Below, one piece after another: positions 1 through 8,172 of a DNA stretch of 64,000 nucleotides; the stretch's first letter is position 1; each line of letters opens with the position of its first letter. This DNA comes from Frankiales bacterium. Its GTDB lineage: Bacteria > Actinomycetota > Actinomycetes > Mycobacteriales > SCTD01. Where the stretch lies: NCBI GenBank assembly GCA_025465465.1, contig JAODND010000091.1, positions 20,850 to 84,849 on the forward strand, written 5' to 3'. Below the pieces are notes generated by a model, which was given only the letters and a program-made list of their open reading frames with translations, made no database searches and had not been told where the DNA came from. The translations under genes and the position numbers were made by a program.

Positions 1-313
1 CCGAGCCAGCGCATGCAGTGGGTGACTCGTCGGGGGCGGCGATCCCAAGGGCGAGCGGACCGAGCAAGCTGACGCCCGCCTCCTCGAACAGCGCTGCAGC
101 CTCCACGAACTCGAAGGCCCCACCGCCCAGCTGCTTGCTCAGGTGCGGAGCCCACAGCCCCTCGGCCTTCCCGAGGGCTTGGACCTCGATGCGCATCGCG
201 TCGTCGAACGACAGGAACGCCCGGGCCTCGAGGGGCACGACCTGCTCGCGCACGAACGTCTCGATCCGCGCCCTGAACGCCTCCGCCTCAGGCGACGGGT
301 CGAATCCTGGCAC
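1..313 (-). CDS. acyl-CoA dehydrogenase, N-terminal fragment (gene continues past window start)
   Basis: Not in the ORF track because no stop lies in the window. My translation of the minus strand from GTG (313-311) gives VPGFDPSPEAEAFRARIETFVREQVVPLEARAFLSFDDAMRIEVQALGKAEGLWAPHLSKQLGGGAFEF..., which resembles an ACAD N-terminal domain. It begins 4 nt after the stop of the upstream SDR. Confidence 0.6.
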   Translation of the reverse strand, partial: MPGFDPSPEAEAFRARIETFVREQVVPLEARAFLSFDDAMRIEVQALGKAEGLWAPHLSKQLGGGAFEFVEAAALFEEAGVSLLGPLALGIAAPDESPTACAGS

Positions 314-317
314 GCGT

Positions 318-1232
318 TCAGGACGCGCCGTGCGGGACGGGACGGTCGAACGCCGCCTCGAGCACGTCGCGCTCCTGCTCGGCGCTCATCGGCACGGCGT
401 AGTCCGCTTCGGAGCAGATCGTCGCCCAGTGGTCGCGGACATCCTCGAGCGTCAGCGACGGCGAGTAGTAGCCGGGGCCTTCGGCGATGAAAACCCGGGC
501 GACCCGGCCGGCGGCCGCGGAGAGGATCTCGCCTGAGGCGTCACAGGACTCGTGGGCCAGGTACGCCACGACGGGGGACACCAGAGCCGGGTCGAGCCGC
601 CGCTCCCAGTCCTCGTCAAGCAGACCAGCGGACATGGTGGTGGCCGCGATGGGCGCGACGACGTTCGCGCGAATCCCGTATTTCGCACCCTCGAGAGCGA
701 GCACCCGCGTCATCCCGACGAGCGCCATCTTGGCCGCGCCGTAGTTGGTCTGGCCGAAGTTGCCGAACAACCCTGCCGCCGACGTCGTCGAGATGATGCG
801 TCCGTACCCCGCGTCCTTCATGTGCTCGTAGGCCGGCCGGGTCACGAAGAACGCGCCACGCAGGTGCACGTCGAGGACCGGGTCGAGCAGGTCGGCGGTC
901 ATCTTCGGGAAGGTCCGGTCGCGCACGATGCCGGCGTTGTTCACGACGATGTCGAGGCGGCCGTAGGTCGTGATCGCCGTGTCGACGATCGCCTGTCCCC
1001 CGGCGGGTGTCGCGACGGAGTTGCTGTCCACGACGGCGGAGCCGCCCGCGGCCACGATCTCATCGACGACCTGCTGGGCAGGTGCCGGCTCGCCGTCCTT
1101 GCCGGGCGCGAGGTCGTTCACCACCACGGCCGCTCCCCGGGCCGCGAGCAGCAGGGCGTGCGCACGACCGAGCCCTGCCCCCGCACCTGTGACGATGGCG
1201 ACACGATCGTCGAAGCGAAGTTCCATGCTCAT
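318..1232 (-). CDS. SDR oxidoreductase, MFE-2/Hsd4A-type (3R)-hydroxyacyl-CoA dehydrogenase-like
   Basis: Part of ORF 318..1349. Internal start MSMELRFDDRVAIVTGAGAGLGRAHALLLA at 1232 forms an ATGA overlap with the upstream stop (1229). It has the TGxxxGxG Rossmann motif and NNAG, with an extended C-terminal domain as in MFE-2 dehydrogenases. Confidence 0.8.
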   Translation of the reverse strand: MSMELRFDDRVAIVTGAGAGLGRAHALLLAARGAAVVVNDLAPGKDGEPAPAQQVVDEIVAAGGSAVVDSNSVATPAGGQAIVDTAITTYGRLDIVVNNAGIVRDRTFPKMTADLLDPVLDVHLRGAFFVTRPAYEHMKDAGYGRIISTTSAAGLFGNFGQTNYGAAKMALVGMTRVLALEGAKYGIRANVVAPIAATTMSAGLLDEDWERRLDPALVSPVVAYLAHESCDASGEILSAAAGRVARVFIAEGPGYYSPSLTLEDVRDHWATICSEADYAVPMSAEQERDVLEAAFDRPVPHGAS

Positions 1233-2389
1233 GCTCCAGGGTCGAGGGCAACGGCACCAGATGCCGCGAGCTCGCGGATCGAGTCGTGCGGGTAGCCGAG
1301 CTCCTCGAGCAGGGCCTGCGTGTGCTCGCCGAGACGCGGTGCCCTGCACCGGATCGGGCTCGCCGTGCCGTCGAAGAGAAGGGGCTGCCTCACGACCCTC
1401 GTGCCGGGCTGGTCGGGGAGCTCGACGATCATCCCGCGGGCCACGACCTGGGGGTCGCCCGCGACGGCCTGGTCGTCATGGACAGGGCCGAAACCGACGC
1501 CACCCTCGACCAGACGCCGTTCGAGCTCCGGCCAATCGGTGTCCCGGAAGCAGGACTCGAGACGTGTGGTGATCTCGGCCGCGCGCGACTCTCGCTGCAC
1601 CGTGGTGAGCGGTGCGAGATCGGGCAGCCCGAGCGCCTCGCACAGCGCGCTCCACTGGTGGTCCTCCCCCGCGATGCTGAGGGTCACCAGCTGGCCGCTC
1701 GCTGTCGTGAACACCCCGTAGCCCGGATCCACGGGGGGGTACGGAGCGGGGTCGAGTCCGTTCAGCGACGATGTCAACGCCGTGCTCCGCCAGCTCACGA
1801 GCGCATCGAGCATCGAGACGTCGAGGTAGCTCGACAGCTGGTGCCGCTCCCTGCCGAGCAGCGCGCTCACGATCCCGAGCGCCGCGAACATGCCGGAGGC
1901 GAGGTCGGCCAGCGGCAGCGGTGCGGGCGCAGGGACGTCGCCGGTGACCAGCCCCGCCAGTCCCTGCACCGAGATGTCGTGGCCCCCGCGGTCCCCCAGT
2001 GGTCCGGTCTGCCCGAAGCTCGAGATCGAGGCATAGATGACTTTCGGCAGCTGGGTCTGCACCTCTTTGGCGCCGATCCCCAGCCGGTCGACGACGCCCG
2101 GCTTGTAGCCCTCCACGATGACGTCGGCGGTGGCGGCCAGCTTCCAGAAGACCTGACGCCCCTCGGTCGACTTCAGGTCGAGCGCCATCGACCGCTTGTT
2201 GCGGTTCAGGCCCTCGAAATGCCCGGAGAACCGTCGGGTCGGGTCCCCCCCGGCGGGCCGCTCGACCAGCACGACATCGGCACCGAGATCCGCGAGCAGC
2301 ATGGTGGCGAACGGACCGGGGTACTGCTCGGCCAGGCTGAGCACGCAGATCCCGGCGAGCGGACTGTCCGACCGAGGGTCTGCTGTCAC
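1229..2389 (-). CDS. family III CoA-transferase (CaiB/BaiF type)
   Basis: 386 aa. N-terminus LAGICVLSLAEQYPGPFATMLLADLGADVVLVERP is typical of family III CoA-transferases. The GTG start overlaps the DUF35 stop (GTGA). Confidence 0.85.
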   Translation of the reverse strand: MTADPRSDSPLAGICVLSLAEQYPGPFATMLLADLGADVVLVERPAGGDPTRRFSGHFEGLNRNKRSMALDLKSTEGRQVFWKLAATADVIVEGYKPGVVDRLGIGAKEVQTQLPKVIYASISSFGQTGPLGDRGGHDISVQGLAGLVTGDVPAPAPLPLADLASGMFAALGIVSALLGRERHQLSSYLDVSMLDALVSWRSTALTSSLNGLDPAPYPPVDPGYGVFTTASGQLVTLSIAGEDHQWSALCEALGLPDLAPLTTVQRESRAAEITTRLESCFRDTDWPELERRLVEGGVGFGPVHDDQAVAGDPQVVARGMIVELPDQPGTRVVRQPLLFDGTASPIRCRAPRLGEHTQALLEELGYPHDSIRELAASGAVALDPGA

Positions 2390-2862
2390 TGGGCTGGGCT
2401 GAGCGGCTCGAACCAGAAGTCGGTGACTCTTCCCTCCGGATCGTCACGGAAGACCATCTTCACCCGCGCCTCGATGCGGAGCGCTTCGTTGAGACCGTCC
2501 TCGAGGTCGAGGTCGACCCCCTGCAGGTAGTTGCAGATCGCCGACGTTGCTCCGTCCGGTCGGACGTACGCAACTGCGTACGGCACCGGAGGCGAGCCGG
2601 CGAACGGAGCGGTCACCACGGTGACTGCCTCGATGACTCCCTCCTTGCCGACCTCGACGAGCTCCTCGACCGGGATGAAGCAGAACTCGCAGAACGACTT
2701 CGGCGGGACGGCGACCCGACCGCACTGCCCGCAGCGGCACCCGAGGATGCGCTGCTCGCGCAGAGCGTCGAAGAAGGCAGAGGCGAAGGTGCCGATCGTG
2801 TACTGGTAGGGGATGCGCCACTCGCCGGGGAGGCGGGCGGGCACGGTCGTCGGATGAGTCAT
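2386..2862 (-). CDS. DUF35 OB-fold / zinc-ribbon acyl-CoA-associated protein
   Basis: Internal ATG at 2862 (MTHPTTVPARLPGEW...). It has a CxxC...CxxC ribbon (CRCGQCGRVAVPPKSFCEFC) followed by OB-fold-like sequence. The upstream part of ORF 2386..3033 overlaps the thiolase gene and was dropped. Confidence 0.8.
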   Translation of the reverse strand: MTHPTTVPARLPGEWRIPYQYTIGTFASAFFDALREQRILGCRCGQCGRVAVPPKSFCEFCFIPVEELVEVGKEGVIEAVTVVTAPFAGSPPVPYAVAYVRPDGATSAICNYLQGVDLDLEDGLNEALRIEARVKMVFRDDPEGRVTDFWFEPLSPAQ

Positions 2863-2875
2863 GGTCCGCTCGCTC

Positions 2876-4057
2876 TCAGTCGGGTTCCGCGGCAAGCACC
2901 GCGGCTGTGTAGAACTGGTCGATGCCCCCGCAGGCGGTGGCGAGCGCCAGCCGGGCACCGTCGACCTGGTGGTCGCCGGCCCTGCCCATGACCTGCAGCG
3001 CTGCCTCCCCGAAGCGGACGAGACCGGTGGCACCGATCGGGTTCGCGGTCATGCAGCCACCTGACGGCACAACGGGGATGTCACCGTCCATCGCGGTGGC
3101 GCCGGTCTCGACGAGCTCGATGCCGCGTCCATGAGGAGCGAGCTGCAGCGACTCGTAGTAGGCGATCTCGAGGTTGGCGAACGGCGCGTAGACCTCGACG
3201 ACGTCGAGCTCCCGGCGGGGGTTGGTGATGCCGGCCTCGCGATAGGCCTCTGTCGCCGCCCAGGCTTGTGCCCGCGGGATGGCGAAGTCCGACTCGTCGT
3301 CGTGCAGCCGGTCGCCGATGCGGTAGACGTCAGCCGCACAGCCCAGGCCCTTCACATAGGCGGCGTGGGCCTTGGTCTTCGCCTTGGCCGCGGTCGTCAT
3401 CACCACGGCTGCCGAGCCGTCCGACCGGGGACAGGTGTGCAGCAGCCGCAGCGGGTGCGCCAGCGACCTCGACTCCTTGACGTCCTTCTCGGTGATCGTC
3501 TTCTGCAGGTGTGCGTATGGGTTGCGCAGCGCGTTCGTGAAGTTCTTCACCGAGATCCACGCCATGTGGTCCTCGGTCAGCCCGAAGTACTTCATCTGCC
3601 GGGACGCGACCAGCGCGATGCCGGTGATGACGTTGAGCTGCACGTCCTGCTCGTAGATCGGGTCGAAGATCGTCGTGAAGACTGCCTGTGCATCGGCCGT
3701 CTCCGACGTGCGCTGCAGGCCCACGACAAGGACGGTCTCGTACACGCCCGCACTGATGAGGCGGGCGGCAGCGAGCGGGCCCGAGCCGCCGGTGGCTCCG
3801 CCAGTGTGCACCCGGATCACGGGCTTCCCCACGCCCCCGAACGCGTCGAGACACCATCGCTCCGGCTCGTACACGCCCTCGAAGACCTCCGGGGCGGAGG
3901 CGAAGACCACGGCATCGATCTCGGACAACTCGGTGTCTGCGTCAGCCAGCGCCCGGCTGACCGCCTCGAACACCAGCTCCGGCGTACCCACGTCGAGCCG
4001 GGACGTCTTGTAGCGGGTCTGCCCAAAGCCGAGAACGGCTGCCTGCGGGCCGCTCAC
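2876..4057 (-). CDS. thiolase-fold protein (SCP-x/Ltp-like); nucleophile loop apparently lacks Cys
   Basis: 393 aa with thiolase-like motifs (LLHTCPRSDGSAAVV, GGCMTANPIGATG, ATACGG). The expected nucleophile segment reads HTGGATGGSG, with no Cys, and the GHP motif reads ANP. The GTG start overlaps the upstream stop (GTGA). Confidence 0.8.
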   Translation of the reverse strand: MSGPQAAVLGFGQTRYKTSRLDVGTPELVFEAVSRALADADTELSEIDAVVFASAPEVFEGVYEPERWCLDAFGGVGKPVIRVHTGGATGGSGPLAAARLISAGVYETVLVVGLQRTSETADAQAVFTTIFDPIYEQDVQLNVITGIALVASRQMKYFGLTEDHMAWISVKNFTNALRNPYAHLQKTITEKDVKESRSLAHPLRLLHTCPRSDGSAAVVMTTAAKAKTKAHAAYVKGLGCAADVYRIGDRLHDDESDFAIPRAQAWAATEAYREAGITNPRRELDVVEVYAPFANLEIAYYESLQLAPHGRGIELVETGATAMDGDIPVVPSGGCMTANPIGATGLVRFGEAALQVMGRAGDHQVDGARLALATACGGIDQFYTAAVLAAEPD

Positions 4058-4953
4058 GGTGTCTCCACCACGGCGGCATAGGCGGTCTCCATGCTGAGTC
4101 CTCCTCCAGCGATGACCAACGTGATCCCGCTGTCAGGCGGCTCCAGCCCGCTCAGCAGCGCGTGCAGCCCCGCCGCATAGCCGAGGTCCACGTAGCGCTC
4201 AGGTCGTCGGGCGATCAGGTCGACAGGGACGCCGACGGCGTCCGCGATGGGGGCGTCATCCAGGTGCTGCATGCCCGCGACCCGGACCCGGCTGACATCA
4301 CCGGCCTTGCGGCCCGCGCTCGTCAACGCCGCGGCTGCCGCCTTCGCGACCGGCGCGAGCACGGGGGCCCCGGGCCGCAGATAGGGCCCCGTCGAGGCGC
4401 CGATCCCGACGACGTCGGCGCGGCGGCGACGCCCCGGGGTGAGGCGCGTGAGGATGAGCGCCGTGGCGACATCGACGCTGCGCACGGCCGTCGGAGCCAA
4501 CCGGGTCGGCGCCGCTTGCTCAGCCGACGTGCGCAGTGCGAGCGCCACCCCGGGATGGAACCCCAGGCCCCGCGAGTACACCGGCTCGAGGCCCAGCGGC
4601 AGGATCGCGTCGCGGTCGGCGTCACTCAGCTTGCTCCACGTGCAGACGATGACGGCGTCGGAGACCCCCGACTCGATGTCGGCCACCGCGAGCATGAGGG
4701 CGGCGAGGCTGTCGGTGCAGACGCGCATCTCGTTGCGTCGGAACGAGCCGGTCGAACCGGTGAGGGTCATGGTCGAGATGGCTCGTCCGTCGTACAGGTC
4801 GGACGCCGCCATGAACGAGCCCGAGACGTCCGCGATGCCCAGGCCGGCGTCACGCAGCGCTCCCGACGTGGCCGTGTAGATCATCTCGTCGAGGGCCATG
4901 GGGATGTCGGGCTCGGGCGGCAGGACGTGATAGCCCGCGATGACCGCTTGCAT
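4054..4953 (-). CDS. short degenerate thiolase-fold protein (probable partner subunit)
   Basis: 299 aa. The N-terminal half aligns by eye to a thiolase N-domain (RVCTDSLAALMLAVADIESG). The C-terminus ends IAGGGLSMETA without the usual His/Cys motifs. It is tightly coupled to the downstream thiolase-fold gene. Confidence 0.65.
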   Translation of the reverse strand: MQAVIAGYHVLPPEPDIPMALDEMIYTATSGALRDAGLGIADVSGSFMAASDLYDGRAISTMTLTGSTGSFRRNEMRVCTDSLAALMLAVADIESGVSDAVIVCTWSKLSDADRDAILPLGLEPVYSRGLGFHPGVALALRTSAEQAAPTRLAPTAVRSVDVATALILTRLTPGRRRRADVVGIGASTGPYLRPGAPVLAPVAKAAAAALTSAGRKAGDVSRVRVAGMQHLDDAPIADAVGVPVDLIARRPERYVDLGYAAGLHALLSGLEPPDSGITLVIAGGGLSMETAYAAVVETP

Positions 4954-4990
4954 GTGGGTCGCACCTACTCTCTCGGCGTCAGTTGTTGCG

Positions 4991-5404
4991 TCATGCGGGC
5001 AGCTCGGCGATGGCCGTGCCTGAGAACACGAGCTGACCGTGCTGGTTCAGCGTCTGGACTTCGAAGGAGTGCAGGACTCCCGTGGCTGAGGGGGTGGTCC
5101 CTGTCAGGGTCACCGTGCCGGTGAGCGCGTCGCCCGGCACGACCGGGGCGTGGAAGCGGCCGGTGTACTCGCGCAGGCTCTCGACGCCGACCAGGTCGGT
5201 GACGAGCCTGGCGCTCAAGCCCATGGTGAACATGCCGTGCGCGATGACCGAGCCATAACCGGCGCGCTCGACCGCGTAGGGCTCGTCGTGATGGAGGGGG
5301 TTGTAGTCGCCTGAGGCGCCCGCGTACTGCACGATCGTGGCGCGGGAGATCTCTGGGTGCAGCAGCACGGTGCGCGAGCAGCCAGGCGCAAGGGTTCCGG
5401 TCAT
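4991..5404 (-). CDS. MaoC-like (R)-specific enoyl-CoA hydratase (hotdog fold)
   Basis: Internal ATG at 5404 (MTGTLAPG...) forms an ATGA overlap with the upstream gene. The motif YAGASGDYNPLHHDEPYA is the MaoC dehydratase signature. Confidence 0.8.
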   Translation of the reverse strand: MTGTLAPGCSRTVLLHPEISRATIVQYAGASGDYNPLHHDEPYAVERAGYGSVIAHGMFTMGLSARLVTDLVGVESLREYTGRFHAPVVPGDALTGTVTLTGTTPSATGVLHSFEVQTLNQHGQLVFSGTAIAELPA

Positions 5405-5856
5405 CGATCGGCACCGATCTCGACCTCGACGGCAACGGAGCTGACGATGACCGCGTCGTCGCCGTCGTGGAAGTCGGTGACGATCTCCCGGAAGCTCAGG
5501 ACGCCGCCAGCACGGCTGGGCTTCTGCCAGCTGTTGCCGGTGCGCTTCCGGGCCACGAGAACCTCTCCGACGCGCACCGGCCGGGTGTAGGTGAAGCGCT
5601 GCTCGGCATGGAGCACGACCGTGCCCGGCCGGTCGACGGTGGCCGCCTTCGCCGAGGCGGGCCAGGGCTCCCCCGGTCGCGGGCGCCACGGATAGCCCGG
5701 GATGAACTGCTGGAGGGCCTCGGTGAAGGTGGGCGGCGCGGCGACGCCGGCCTCGCCGCGGTAGGCGGGGTTGTCGTCGCAGACGGCTCGGGCAAACAGC
5801 ATCACGTGCACCGGGTCGACCGGGAAGCGGAGCTCAGCCACCAGAACGCACCGCAC
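5401..5856 (-). CDS. MaoC N-terminal-type hotdog protein (ChsH1-like hydratase subunit)
   Basis: 151 aa. FARAVCDDNPAYRGE... resembles the non-catalytic or partner hotdog subunit of heteromeric hydratases. The start is GTG at 5856, with an alternative GTG at 5841. Confidence 0.75.
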   Translation of the reverse strand: MRCVLVAELRFPVDPVHVMLFARAVCDDNPAYRGEAGVAAPPTFTEALQQFIPGYPWRPRPGEPWPASAKAATVDRPGTVVLHAEQRFTYTRPVRVGEVLVARKRTGNSWQKPSRAGGVLSFREIVTDFHDGDDAVIVSSVAVEVEIGADR

Positions 5857-6967
5857 CAGCGAGCAGCGCGCGGCGGTGTGCCGAGGGTGACCCGAACGCG
5901 ACGCGTCCAGCGACCGCGCGCCGCAAGTACAGATGAGCCGGGTGCTCCCAGGTGTAGCCGATGCCCCCCAGCGTCTGGATCATCGTCCCCGCCGACTTGT
6001 AGGCGGCGTCCGAGGCGGCGGCCTTGGCGACATGCGACATGCTCACGGCCTCAGAGCTCGACATGGCCAGCTCCCGAAGGGCGTAGGACGTCACGCACTT
6101 CGCGGCCTCGTTGTCCATGTAGGCGTTGACGAGCTGGTGCTTCACGGCCTGGAAGCTGCCGATCTGGCGACCGAACTGCTCCCGCTGCAGGGCATACCGG
6201 ACGGCGACATCGACGCAGTGCTCGGCGATGCCCACGAGCTCAGCGGCCAGGCACGTGGGCACGAGGACGCGCAGGCGGTCCAGGACCCGTTGGCCGGCGT
6301 CGAAGGCGCCCAGTGGTCGGGCAGGTGCGCCTGCGAAGTCGATCTGCGCCGAGCTACGGGTCAGGTCCATCCCACCGGTCGCCGTGCGGACCTGCCCTTG
6401 GGCATCCCGGTCCACGGCGAAGCACATCGTCCCGTCGTCCGCCGCGGCGAGGACGACGAGCAGGTCCGCCTCGCAGCCGTCCCACACGTCCTCGGCCCGG
6501 CCGTCGAGCTGCCAGCCGTCGGGGCCCCGGGTGGCACGGACCCCCTGCGCGGCCATCAGGCCGTCGGTGCCCAGTGCCAGCCCTGCCAGGCTGGCCGTCA
6601 GCTTCCCCTGCACGATCCGCGGCAGCAGGTCCTGTTGCGCGACCTGGTCGCCCGACGCGAGCAGCGCCTGCCCGGCGAGCACGACGGTCGAGAAGTATGG
6701 ACCGGAGTAGAGGGCGCGCCCGAGCTCGGTGAGGACGACCCCGAGGAACGACAGGGGGGCGCCCGTGCCTCCGAGCTCGACGGGTGTGGCGACCCCCAGC
6801 ACGTCGACCTCGGTCGACAGCCTCGTCCAGAGTTCCGCGTCCGTCGGCGCGCACTGGTCGACGGCGGCGAGCTGACGCGACGCACTGGTGCTGGGCGCAA
6901 GGACCAGACGCAGGGTCTGCTGCAGCTGCCGGTGCTCTTCGTCGTGGTGCCGGCCGGAGCTGCTCAT
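5834..6967 (-). CDS. acyl-CoA dehydrogenase family protein (second subunit of a probable heteromeric pair)
   Basis: Internal ATG at 6967 (MSSSGRHHDEEHRQLQQTL...) forms an ATGA overlap with the upstream ACAD. The C-terminal TLGGIGYTWEHPAHLYLRRA is ACAD C-domain-like. Confidence 0.8.
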   Translation of the reverse strand: MSSSGRHHDEEHRQLQQTLRLVLAPSTSASRQLAAVDQCAPTDAELWTRLSTEVDVLGVATPVELGGTGAPLSFLGVVLTELGRALYSGPYFSTVVLAGQALLASGDQVAQQDLLPRIVQGKLTASLAGLALGTDGLMAAQGVRATRGPDGWQLDGRAEDVWDGCEADLLVVLAAADDGTMCFAVDRDAQGQVRTATGGMDLTRSSAQIDFAGAPARPLGAFDAGQRVLDRLRVLVPTCLAAELVGIAEHCVDVAVRYALQREQFGRQIGSFQAVKHQLVNAYMDNEAAKCVTSYALRELAMSSSEAVSMSHVAKAAASDAAYKSAGTMIQTLGGIGYTWEHPAHLYLRRAVAGRVAFGSPSAHRRALLAGAVRSGG

Positions 6968-8172
6968 CTCGGCTCCTTGGGGAGGCCCAGCAGCCGCTCC
7001 CCGATGATGTTGCGCTGGATCTCGCTCGAGCCGGCGTAGATGGTCGCGGCCCGAGCCCGGAGGAAGTAGTCGGCCCACACGCTGGGCGTGTTGGCGCTGC
7101 CGGCCTCGGCCGCCGGGAAGCTGACGCCCTGCAGCCCGGTGCCGCTCGCTGTGGTGGCTGCGGATCCGAGGATGTCCATCGCGAGCTCCGTCGTCATCTG
7201 CAGCCACTCGCTCCAGAACAGCTTGTGCAGCGAGGACTCAGCGCCGATGTCCCGACCACCCAACCAGCCGTCGACGGCCTGCCGTCCGAGGCAGCGCAGC
7301 TCCTCGACGCGCTGCAGGCTGTACGCGAGCCGCTCCGCCAGCACGGGGTCGGCGAGCTGCCCGCGCTCCGCCGCGAGATCGTGCAGCCGGTCGAAGTCTC
7401 GGCGGAAGCGGGTGCCCAGGGTGGCGACGGCCTCACCTCGCTCATAGCCGAGCAGGTCCATGGCGACCGCCCAACCGCCGTTCACAGGTCCCACGACGGC
7501 ATCGAGCGGGCAGCGGGCGTCGGTGAAGAAGACCTCGTTGAACTCTTCCTCGCCGGTGAGCGTCTTCAGCGGGCGGACCTCGATGCCGGGCTGGTCGAGC
7601 TCGCAGAGCAGGAGGCTGATGCCGCTGTGCTTGCCGGCCGAGGGGTCGGTCCGGCTGAGGACGAAGATGTGCGTCGCGAGGTGCCCGTACGAGGTCCAGA
7701 TCTTCTGGCCGTTGATGGTCCAGTGGTCGTCGCTCGCGACAGCCCGTGTGCGCAGGCCGGCCAGGTCCGAGCCGGCGTCCGGCTCGGAGAACCCCTGGCA
7801 CCAGACGTCGTCGCCGGCCAGGATCCGCGGGAGGTAGTGACGGCACTGCTCCTCCGTCCCCCACCGAAGCAGGGTGGACCCCAGCATCTGGATGCCGAAG
7901 TTGTCGTTCAGTCCGCCCTGGGGAACACCTACCGCGGTGCACTCCTCGGCGACGATGAGCTGCTCCAGCGGACCGAGCCCAGCACCTCCGTACTGCGTCG
8001 GCCAGGTGAGGGCCAACAGCCCGTTGCTGTGCATCAGCGCGCGCCACTCCTCGCGGAACTGGTCCTGCGCCGCAGGCAGCAGGGCACCGATGCCCGTCCA
8101 GTCGGCCGGCAGGTGCTCGCCCAGGAACGCGCGAACGCGGTCCCGGAACACCGATCCGGCAGGTGCGCTCAC
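6964..8172 (-). CDS. acyl-CoA dehydrogenase
   Basis: The GTG at 8172 forms a GTGA overlap with the thiolase stop. ACAD motifs are present (TWPTQYGGAGL, CQGFSEPDAGSD, IYAGSSEIQRNIIGERLLGLP). Confidence 0.85.
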   Translation of the reverse strand: MSAPAGSVFRDRVRAFLGEHLPADWTGIGALLPAAQDQFREEWRALMHSNGLLALTWPTQYGGAGLGPLEQLIVAEECTAVGVPQGGLNDNFGIQMLGSTLLRWGTEEQCRHYLPRILAGDDVWCQGFSEPDAGSDLAGLRTRAVASDDHWTINGQKIWTSYGHLATHIFVLSRTDPSAGKHSGISLLLCELDQPGIEVRPLKTLTGEEEFNEVFFTDARCPLDAVVGPVNGGWAVAMDLLGYERGEAVATLGTRFRRDFDRLHDLAAERGQLADPVLAERLAYSLQRVEELRCLGRQAVDGWLGGRDIGAESSLHKLFWSEWLQMTTELAMDILGSAATTASGTGLQGVSFPAAEAGSANTPSVWADYFLRARAATIYAGSSEIQRNIIGERLLGLPKEPR

